Assembly: GCA_002269645.1 (NCBI GenBank)
Contig: NIVC01000636.1
Coordinates: 62,001-126,000 of the forward strand
DNA length: 64,000 nt
Reading direction: 5' to 3'
Source: Macrostomum lignano
Lineage: Eukaryota
Part shown: positions 48,462 to 58,501 of the stretch, one piece after another
Position numbering within the stretch: position 1 is the first letter of the stretch
How the letters are laid out: each line of letters begins with the position of its first letter
The notes under the pieces: model-generated
Databases searched by the model: none
Seen by the model: only the letters and a program-made list of their open reading frames with translations
What the model was told of the DNA's origin: nothing
Translations under genes and position numbers: made by a program

Positions 48462-51047
48462 TCAGTGCGCAGAGGCGGCCGTCGCTGCCGCGGAGGTGAC
48501 GGGCGTCTCGACACAGGCGCAGGCGGTCGGATTGACCGAGTCGTCGGCGGGGGACAGCGGGGAGTTCAGGAACGGCTGCAGGTGGATCTGCGAGTGCGGG
48601 GGACAGGGGCGACGCATTTAACTGAGTGACACTGAATGAGTGAGACACACTGAATAAGTGACACTGAATGAGAGACACACTGAACTGAGTGACACTGAAT
48701 GAGTGAGACACTAAACTGAGTGAGACACTGAATAAGTGACACTGAGTGAGACACACTGAATGAGTGACACACTAAACTAGTGACAGAGTGAGACACACTG
48801 AATAAGTGACACTGAATGAGAGACACACTGAACTGAGTGACACTGAATGAGTGACGCACTGTACCCACCTGTAGGTGCAGGTTAACCTCGCTAGCCCGGC
48901 TAAGGTAGGGAAAATTCCCCCCACTCTTGAGATGGGCCCGCTTGGCATCCGGGTAGCACTTGTAGGTCTCCTCGCGTACCCGGGATGTCAGCGCGTTGTC
49001 GTCGAACACCTAGCAAAGCAAACGACATTTTGATGCTCAGATGTGCACAAGTCATGCTACTAATAAACTTGTTAGTAGTAAGCAAAGAATAAGCCCGCCC
49101 TGTCTCTCACATCAATTAGAGTCACGGGCAAGCCCTGCAGCTTGTGCGGCTCAACATAGTCATCCTGGCAGTTGAGGGTGAGCCGGCTGGCCAGCTGCTG
49201 CTGGCTCAGGCTGTGCAGCGAGTGGTTCAGGAACAGCATGGAGTCCGCGATCTCCCGGTCCCGAGAGCTGATGCTGTCAAGGTTGTGCATCACCGTTGAG
49301 CGGAGCACTACAGCTGGCAGCAGCCAGAAGCTGTGGGATTGGGGATAACAACAGAAGGCTTACTGCCTCCGCAGTACTGTGGAGCAGCTGATTCCCCCTC
49401 CCCAGCAGCAGCAGCACTGTGGAGCAGCTGATTCCCCCCCCAGCAGCAGCAGCACTGTGGAGCAGCTGATTCCCCCCCAGCAGCAGCAGCACTGTGGAGC
49501 AGCTGATTCCCCCTCCCCAGCAGCAGCAGCACTGTGGAGCAGCTGATTCCCCCCCCCAGCAGCAGCAGCACTGTGGAGCAGCTGATTCCCCCCCCCAGCA
49601 GCAGCAGCACTGTGGAGCAGCTGATTCCCCCCCCCCCCAGCAGCAGCAGCACTGTGGAGCAGCTGATTCCCCCCCAGCAGCAGCAGCACTGTGGAGCAGC
49701 TGATTCCCCCCCAGCAGCAGCAGCACTGTGGAGCAGCTGATTCCCCCCCAGCAGCAGCAGCACTGTGGAGCAGCTGATTCCCCCCCCAGCAGCAGCAGCA
49801 CTGTGGAGCAGCTGATTCCCCCCCCCAGCAGCAGCAGCACTGTGGAGCAGCTGATTCCCCCAGCAGCGCTGTAGAGCCTACTCAACCCTACTCACGACTT
49901 AACGGAATTAGTCTGCTGAAAGATGGACGTCTCCACGAAGGAGTTGCAGAGCACCAGGGAGGCAACCCGCCTGGCCCGGCCGTGCTCCTGTTCGGCGAAC
50001 TTCTGCGCCAGGAAGCCGCCCAGGCTGGCGCCGAAGATGTGGACTCGCGCCAGGCTCAGGTGGTCCAGCAGCCGCTGGAAGCTGAGACACCAGTCCCCGA
50101 GGCTCCACACCACCGGGTAGTCCAGGGCGATGACGCGAAAGCCAAAACTAGTGAGGTAAAGCACCTGGCGAAAGAAGACCTGCGGCGGAACGAGGATGAG
50201 TTCATGTTGAGCTGGGATGGGTAGCAACTGCAGGGCAGCCTCCGATGCAGGCCTAGTTTTGAGCGTCAAACTTCATCTCTCAAACACTTCAGCAGTACGA
50301 GTAAATATCACAGCTGTCTGGGGCGATTCTCACAGCTGTCTAGGGGCGATTTTCACAGCTGTCTAGAGGCGATTCTCACAGCTGTTAAGGGGCGATTCTC
50401 ACAGCTGTCTGGGGCGATTCTCACAGCTGTCTGGGGCGATTCTCACAGCTGTCTAGGGGCGATTCTCACAGCTGTCTAGGGGCGATTCTCACAGCTGTCT
50501 AGGGGCGATTCTCACAGCTGTCTAGGGGCGATTCTCACAGCTGTCTAGGGGCGATTCTCACAGCTGTCTAGGGGCGATTCTCACAGCTGTCTAGGGGCGA
50601 TTCTCACAGCTGTCTAGGGGCGATTCTCACAGCTGTCTAGGGGCGATTCTCACAGCTGTCTAGAGGAGATTCTCACAGCTGTCTAGGGGCGATCTCACAG
50701 CTGGTTAGGGCAATTCAGACCAGCTTTTCAAGTAGGATTTTAAGCTGCAATTATTAGGGTTAGGGTTAGGGTTTATTGCAATTTCGGGAGGCTCACGAGA
50801 GACCTAAGAGACCATGAGGTACCTCGGCGGTGCCGGAGCAGGGCGGCAGGCACACCAGCGGGCAGCGCACGTGCCGCGGCCCGGCATCGTACATGCTCCA
50901 CTCCAGCGAGTCGTCATCGTCCACCACCACGCGGCGGTGCGCGACGGCGCTGCGGAAGCCCAGGTACTCCTCGGAGCGGAGGATGCCGCACGAGGCAGCA
51001 GCCGCCGCAGCAGCCGAAGCGGTAGATGCCGAGTTGGCGGAAGACAT
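48462..51047 (-). CDS. SPG21: Maspardin (alpha/beta-hydrolase fold); exons 51047-50823, 50179-49896, 49330-49111, 49009-48869, 48587-48462; 331 aa
   Basis: [35 protein letters not shown]|[64 protein letters not shown]|IHL. Exon phases are consistent (996 nt). Confidence 0.95.
48620..50700. repeat. Three distinct intronic minisatellites in SPG21 (48620-48860, 49375-49865, 50325-50700)
   Basis: Units ACTGAATGAGTGAC-like, CAGCAGCAGCAGCACTGTGGAGCAGCTGATTCCCCCC (about 37 bp) and CTCACAGCTGTCTAGGGGCGATT (23 bp). The span given includes intervening exons. Confidence 0.9.
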
Positions 51048-51589
51048 GCTGCTGCAAGGAATGAAAAAGCAGCAGTTATAACTCAATATCAGCATTCAGA
51101 TATCTGCGGGAGATCCCCGAGCCTCCCCCCTCCAATGGGTTCGTCGTGATTGAAAATGAACAAGACCAGACCGCTTAGATAGCACACTACGTAATCGTTA
51201 ATTTATTCACTGAATAGCCTACTGCAAGTAGCAACGATGGCATTTTCATATTACAAATGAGTACAACAGATAGGCTAGGAAACCGTGGGAAATGTACAAG
51301 TGCAGGAAAGTGAGTGCAAAAGTAACAACCTGGCCCAAAAATATTAAAAGGCCAACTACCGGTACTTAGCATGATATAAGTTGCTTAACAGCTCACCAAA
51401 AATATTGAATAATACTACATTTTAATATTCATGACATTTCAGAAATAAGCATAACAAAATGTTCGACTAATTGGAGCAGGTGAAACCGTTCCAAATTGAC
51501 TAGTGGACGAGTTTCCCCGAAACACACAACACCTCCAAGTGTTACCTGTGAATCAGTTTAACGGAGATAAATCGCATAGTAAACATGCT

Positions 51590-51795
51590 ACTTCCGGTAA
51601 TCATAATGGAAAACTATGTTGGGAATCAACTGACTACTTCCGGTATCTCACTACAGACTTGGGAACCACTGACTACTTCCGGTATCTTCACTACAGACTG
51701 GGAAATACACTACTTCCAGTATCTTACTACACAGACTAAGCTGGATACTTCCGGTATCTCACTACACAGGTCAGAAAATTCACAGGCACTTCCGG
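51590..51795. promoter_or_regulatory. Cluster of ETS-type (CCGGAAGT) motifs upstream of SPG21
   Basis: Exact ACTTCCGG at 51590, 51636, 51675, 51747 and 51788, plus a variant at 51712; partly within a degenerate repeat of about 39 bp. Confidence 0.45.
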
Positions 51796-51910
51796 TCAAC
51801 AAAAAAAGCTTGAATGCATCACGAGCTCTCCAGCTAGCTTGAGCGGCTGTCCAAGGCGGCCAGACCGGCGGCAGCGCTCAGCCAATTAGCGATCAGCAGC
51901 GCTCAGCCAA

Positions 51911-52579
51911 TCAGCGGCCAGCAGGGCTCAGCCAATCAGCGGCCAGCAGGGTCAGCACGTAGGCGGCGCCCAGGCAGACCACAAAGCACAGGCAGCCAAG
52001 CATGCGGGCCAGCAGTACAGCGTAGGGCCGGAGATCCGGGCGCAGCCAGGCCAGGAAGTACAGCACCTGGCTGAGCAGGCCGGGGCAGAAGCACTCCAGC
52101 GAGGCCAGGTGGCAGGTCATGGTGACGGCGATGTGCAGCAGGTTCACGGCTAGGAAGGCCGGCCACAGCGAGTCGGCCAGCGGCGTCACGCCCACGTAGC
52201 GCTTATCAGCCCACAGCAACAGCCCGGCAACCAGCGTGACCACAGTGAAGCCCACGTGGACGCGGCGCGGCGAGGCCGAGAAGCTGGCGACTAGCGACAT
52301 CGACGGCGCAGTCGAAGACGCCAAAGACGATAGTGGCGGCGGCGGCGGCTGCGCTGACGGTGGCGACTGTTCCGAGTGTTCGGTGAAGCTCGGCAGGTCG
52401 GAGGGGTCGCCGCGCTTGGCCTCAACGCCTTCGATGCGGCGCAAGCGGCTCTCAGCGCCGGACAGGATGCGCTCGGCCCGCCTGCGCCGGCGCAGCTCGG
52501 CCTCTGATTGGTCGGCTGCCTCCGCCGCTGCCTGATCAGCTGCTGATTGGCTGCTCACTGGTTGACTAGTAGCACTCAT
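51911..52579 (-). CDS. CAMLG: CAML/GET2-like ER membrane insertase subunit, single coding exon, 222 aa
   Basis: Basic N-terminal motif AELRRRRRAERILSGAESRLRRIEG (compare CAML RAELRRRKLL.NSE.RI.RI.G), a low-complexity linker and three predicted C-terminal hydrophobic helices. Acceptor CCCCAG lies 5 nt upstream of the ATG. Confidence 0.7.
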   Translation of the reverse strand: MSATSQPVSSQSAADQAAAEAADQSEAELRRRRRAERILSGAESRLRRIEGVEAKRGDPSDLPSFTEHSEQSPPSAQPPPPPLSSLASSTAPSMSLVASFSASPRRVHVGFTVVTLVAGLLLWADKRYVGVTPLADSLWPAFLAVNLLHIAVTMTCHLASLECFCPGLLSQVLYFLAWLRPDLRPYAVLLARMLGCLCFVVCLGAAYVLTLLAADWLSPAGR

Positions 52580-52699
52580 TACAGCTGGGGCGGTGAGGAT
52601 ATCGGAAAAATTATAATTCCAATATACAAACTTAACGTCAGCGCCAACCCCAATGGCAACCAAAGTGGAAAGCCTAAACTCAAATGGCAACTCAATGGC

Positions 52700-53160
52700 A
52701 AGCCCAATGACTCGATGGCAACCCCAAACCCAAATGGCAACCCCAATGACTCGATGGCAACCCCAATGACTCGATGGCAACCCCAATGACTCGATGGCTA
52801 CCCCAATGACTCGATGGCAACCCCAATGACTCGATGGCTACCCCAATGACTCGATGGCAACCCCAATGACTCGATGGCAACCCCAATGACTCGATGGCAA
52901 CCCCAATGACTCGATGGCTACCCCAATGACTCGATGGCTACCCCAATGACTCGATGGCAACCCCAATGACTCGATGGCTACCCCAATGACTCGATGGCTA
53001 CCCCAATGACTCGATGGCAACCCCAATGACTCGATGGCAACCCCAATGACTCGATGGCTACCCCAATGACTCGATGGCAACCCCAATGACTCGATGGCTA
53101 CCCCAATGACTCGATGGCAACCCCAATGACTCGATGGCAACCCCAATGACTCGATGGCAA
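52700..53160. repeat. 20-bp minisatellite (GGC[A/T]ACCCCAATGACTCGAT)n upstream of the CAML-like gene
   Basis: About 22 copies. Confidence 0.95.
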
Positions 53161-56100
53161 GCCCAATTGGAGGCATGAAGAAGCGCGCACAGTAGTGGCA
53201 CAAGAGTCAAGAGTGCATGTCCAGGGCTGAGAGTAGCCCTTAGCAGTTGAAACTTGTGCAAATCTTGGTTAAAATGGGATCAGTTAGAGCAAAAAATGCA
53301 CTAAGCCTATAAAATTCTGGAAACCAGGAACAAATAGCATCTGACTCTAAAATAATAATTATTTATGTTAAATTTTATAGATAACCAGAATATCAAGCTA
53401 CCAATTAAAGGTGTGAACCATTTCAACAATCAACAAGCAAAAGACATGTTACCACATTGGCTTATCCTTTCTGGCCCATGCCATTTATACTCATTACTCA
53501 AGATCAACCTTGGGTATACCAATGACTGTTTAGGCCACCTCAGCACTTTCTTTGAGATCCTGCAAATTGCCTAACATGCTCTAGACTAGTTGTCAATTGA
53601 ATTTGTTTTTTAATGATATTAGGATACATTGAAATACATTTGACAAATTATATGCTATTAGCAATTGTGGTAAATATAAAAATATACATTTTCCAACTCA
53701 ATGCTCTAAGTCAACCAATGTCTAGAATTTAGTGCATGTTTATAGGTTTCCAAAAAATACTTTAATAAGATCTGGTCATTTTTCCTATATACTAGAAATA
53801 AAACAGCAAAATGCTTCATATATACTATTTAAAAAAGTAAGTTATATGAATAATATAGGCATTAATGAAATATATATCAATTGCTATTTTGGGGTTTTTT
53901 AAATAATCAATTTAAAACACTTATGGAACAAACTTTAAAAGCTATAAATATTCTTGCTAGGCATCTAGAGAAATGGCACAAGTGTATAGGCCTAAAGACA
54001 AGGCAAATATCAAGAAAAATATTGGATTATTAAAAAAGAATTATGAAATAGAAACAAAGTAAGAAAATATATCACTTTGATAAGCTTTTATTGATTTGCC
54101 AGTGCCTATATAAGAGCAAATAAAAAAAGATGTGGAAACCTTATTAAATAGGCCTATACAATAGTATAAGAAAACTTGGATCCTAGGTGCATAGCTATAA
54201 AATTAGGGCTAGTCCTAAAGAAATATATTTTTATAATTATCTTAACTTTTAAACTTTTATAACTCTGAAAAAAAGTAAACATAGGCCTAAGATTTTATGC
54301 AATTTTAATTCAATTGTTTTATAGTGAACTACTAAATTAGTTTTAGTTATTAGATCTACTACTCTCCCAGTTAGCAAATTCTTTTGCCTTTGCTTTTAAG
54401 TTTGACTTACTATTTGCCACTAGGTATAGCTCCTTTTATTATATGCCTGTCTGATATGGCACTTATGTGTAGCCTAGCCTTCTTGTCACCATGTTGTTTA
54501 CTCTTTTGCCTAGGCCTATCTTGTCTATTTTTTTACTTATAACTATTGGTCATCTTTGCTTATACTTGTTTTTTCTTGGTACTTGCCCTTTGTCTAGTGG
54601 CCACTAGCTATTGAGAGTTTAAGTTTTTTTATTAATAGCTCAATTTTTTGTTTATCATATGATCTTGTCATGGCTCATTTTTTAATGGAAAAAGTCATAC
54701 TTTCATGCCATGGCCCATTGCCTTAAGACATAACAATAGCTAAAAATAGATAATATATTATTAATATATAATTTATATATTAGTTTCTTATTTTATATCT
54801 TGCTTTACATTGGCTTTTTGCTTTTTAGCTATAGAATAAATAAACCTTTTGCCTCGTAGTATAAGTATAACTAGTAATAACTAATAACTATACTCTATAG
54901 CTATTGTTGGCAAATAAAATCATTTAACATTTTGTTTAGTTTAACCATTTTATTCTCATTTATTATATCTCTTATCATATCTTTTATTTACTATTTTATA
55001 TATTTATTGTTTATTCATAAGCTTGTGCTTAGGCACATAGAGTTGGTTCTCATGGCACCAGAGGCGCAACCAAAAAATCGGTGAGGCCAAAGGCTTAAAG
55101 AAACCTATATACTAAATCAAGACATTTGGCTTTGGGTAAGGGGCTTGGGGGTCTGATTAACATTTTTTCATGTTTACCGAGTCTCCTCCTTGGTTGTACC
55201 AATGATCAATACTGCTTATGACTGTCTTCTGACAGTCTAGTTGAAATCAAGTTGGGTATAATATAACGACATGTTGGATTAAATCTCAGTTGGCTGAAGT
55301 CGACCGACAAATTTCTTAGAAAATAAACTGGTCGAAATCAACTTAAAAATCACGGGTAGAACAAAAGCCACGCTTTTAAAATATGTTATTCACAACTAAT
55401 TTTTTAAAGATATAGCTTATATTAGTTCCCATTATTTATGTGCATCAAATCAGTATAAACAGTAAATTTTGTCATTAATTTTGGCACAATATGTCCTGAA
55501 GACCCTTTGCGCCGATGAGCAGTGGCAAGTGTAGAATTGAGCAATGAATGAGTTGGGAAAGGTTTCAATCGAATGAATTCGTACAACTCAGTACAAGTAT
55601 AGTAAAGTGAGTTAGCCAGACAAAAACTGATACCACCTTAACATTTACAAACTAACCTAATTCTTGACAGCAGTGGAAGACAGTGATCTAAGAGACAGTG
55701 CCTTATGAACGCATTTAAGGTATATGAACAAATTTCGTGCACAAAACATATGCATGGTCTCGGTGGAGCATTTCTGGCTTTAGAATGAGACCATAATTTA
55801 ATGAAAGTTATATATACTCCCAAAATACATTTAAACTACTTTAAGGGCCGCTAAAGAACAGTTAAACTCTCCACGGAAATGAATTTGAGAGTCGAAAACT
55901 TATATCTACAGAAATTCGCTGACTGTCAAGCAACGGAACTATAAGGCGATGCCAGCTGTTCGTTCTACCTCGGTGGTAGGGCTGGCCGACGTCTGCCAGG
56001 ACCCGCTGCATCGCCGCAGGCTTGCTCGGGATGTAATTTCGCTCTGTGAGAGCGAGCCCTAGCTGCAGTCCAAAGCCCAAACAGCAAGTTGAAGCGGTGT

Positions 56101-56919
56101 GGTGCATGGCCTGGTCCGAATGCCGATGGTGTTGCTGGCAGGCCACATCATTCGCGCCGAGTCGTCGCTCTGTCCGCAGCCGATGCAAGAGACTGCTGCA
56201 ACCGTCGTGGTCGTCGCGCAATCGGCGTTTCGTCCACTGACACGGGCGACCAGGATTTAGTTGGCGACGCGGCCTATGTTCCTGCTGAGCCTTGACGCGT
56301 CCCTTTGAGGGGCCTTGAGGCAAAACGCTGATGATTGTATCAACTGACAGCGTATTTTGTTGTAGTTCTATCGCTTAATAGAGACCTAGATGTATTTAAA
56401 TGAAAAATTATCTTTCCATTTCAAGGGGGGATCAGTTGAACCTTGGAGAAATCCTGGATCCTCCTCTGAACTACGTCAGCAAGCCAGTCTGCAAGCTGGT
56501 CAGATGGTCAGTGATCATTATATACACCAAAATACTCTGTATCTTCATATCTTCATATCTTCATGGCATGAACACTAAATTAAAAATACTCTCAGTGTAA
56601 AAATACCAGTTTGCTAAATCATGCCAGCTTAAGCGCATGAATCAGTCACCGAAAAGCGAGTTCAGCACTTTTCAAAGTTGGCTGCACCCATTTCTCTCAC
56701 AGAGACCGAATTCTACGAGCCTTACACAATTGCAGCAGATCCAAAACTTCGTAAAAAGCACGATCGCTATTCAAAGCAATTTTCCGCAGCAAAAGCGTAT
56801 TCGCGTGCAGATAAGCGTCACCACATGCCGATCTTCCCATCCAGCATGACGATTTTGACTGCATAAATTCGTGAGCACTGAGGAAGACGAAACAAGCCTA
56901 AGTGAAGACCAGCACAAAC

Positions 56920-57716
56920 ATGCTGAAGCTGCTCATTGTCGCCTGCGCCCTCGGCCTGGCCTCGGCCATGCCCGACCCGTACGTCCTGTACGGTAGGACT
57001 GCCAGTCAGGGCCAGTTCCCGTTCGCCGCGTGGCTCGGTTCCTGCTCCGCCTCCATCCTGGACAGCCGCACCGTCCTCACCGCCGGTCACTGCGTGTGCC
57101 GCTCCAAGCCGACCTCCGTTCTGTTCGGCGCCGTTCAGGGCAACAACCCGGAGTCCGGCTCCCGGAGGTACAGCCTGTCTACCAGCCGGCAGGTCATCCA
57201 CCCGGGCTACACCAGGTGTGGCACCATTGGCAAGTGAGTATTCCACAAAGACGCTGTTTTGCTGGTTAGTTCTGCCGCTTTAGGTGTTATTGTTTGAACC
57301 AGATTCATTGGAAAAATACCGATCTGACCCACAGGGACGACATCGCCATCCTGAAGACCACCTCGGCGATCTCCTTCACCTCCGTCATCAAGCCCATCAC
57401 TCTGCACACCTCCGCCACCTCTGTCGGCCAGAGCATCACCATCGCTGGCTACGGCCAAGACGAGAACAGGCGGTCCGGCGTGCTGAAGTACGCCACTAAC
57501 ACCGTGGCTGCCTGCAGGCGCTTCACTGGTGCCGTCTGCCAGTCGATGAGCCCGAACAGCCCGTACTACGGTGACAGCGGTGGCCCGCTGTTCATCTCCG
57601 TGAGCGGCCAGCCCCGCCAAGTCGGTGTCGTATCCGGCGGTGACTTCACCAACAACCAGGCCATCTACGGCAACGTATACGGCAGCCTGAGCTTCATCCG
57701 CGGGAACATGGGCTGA
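56920..57716 (+). CDS. Secreted trypsin-fold (S1A) serine protease, 2 exons (56920-57233, 57335-57716), 231 aa
   Basis: Signal peptide MLKLLIVACALGLASA; catalytic triad motifs VLTAGHC, DDIAILK and GDSGGPL; phase 2 junction; AATAAA near 57751. Confidence 0.92.
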
Positions 57717-58501
57717 GCCTATGGTGGAATGTAGTGCAAGTTTTGCTCTAATAAATAGACACGAGTATGAGTTAGCAGCTCTAAACGCTGCAGGTGCGAT
57801 CGTATGTGCCGATATTTCCTTATGATTTCTTTTCGAGCATCGGGTCGCATGGTAATAGATGCGGTCGAGTGTCTGCATGTGCATTTTACATTTAGTATGC
57901 ATGCGGAATGCTTGGGTTGACAAAAACTTCATAGCCTGGCTCTCAGCTGTCAGCCGCATTCACTGGAATTCTGCTACCCGCATGCGCATAGGTTTGCCTC
58001 TAAGTGTTAGAAGTGAGCTTTCGTTAAATGTCAGGGCAGTGCTGGAGACCGAAAAGCTGGAAAAACCGGAACTCGACCGGAACCTTGTTTTGAGCCTGAT
58101 GATTAGTGCGGATCCAGCCAAGTCACAGTGGTGGCAGCAATAAACAGAACTGAAATGGCTAATCTTCATATTGAATGACGGGCTCATCAAACTGTGTATG
58201 CAACTTCCGACAGCAGGTGTTCGAATTTACGAATGAATACTTAGTGTTCGGCCATAATTGGGGTCCAGGTTCGTAGGCAAACTTGTACAACGTAGTCAAA
58301 AGATTTGCTTCCTTCCAATTATCGCATTTTGCAGCCATAAATACCTGTATACTTTTAGCTAAAACCTCAGAGATTATTTGAAAACAATCTTGAACGGAAG
58401 AAACGGCCACTAAACAATGGTAAATAATGTTGCAAATTTTTAAACTATGAAAGTGTCTATCTAAATTTCCATCTGCAACATTGAATTTTATTAATTGAGT
58501 G

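Noticed and set aside
50754-50771. (TTAGGG)3 interstitial telomeric repeat in SPG21 intron 1
   Set aside because: Only three units; too short to indicate a fusion or healing event.
55860-56340. GC-richer island upstream of the protease with short ORFs
   Set aside because: No recognisable domain, splice pattern or termini; left unassigned.
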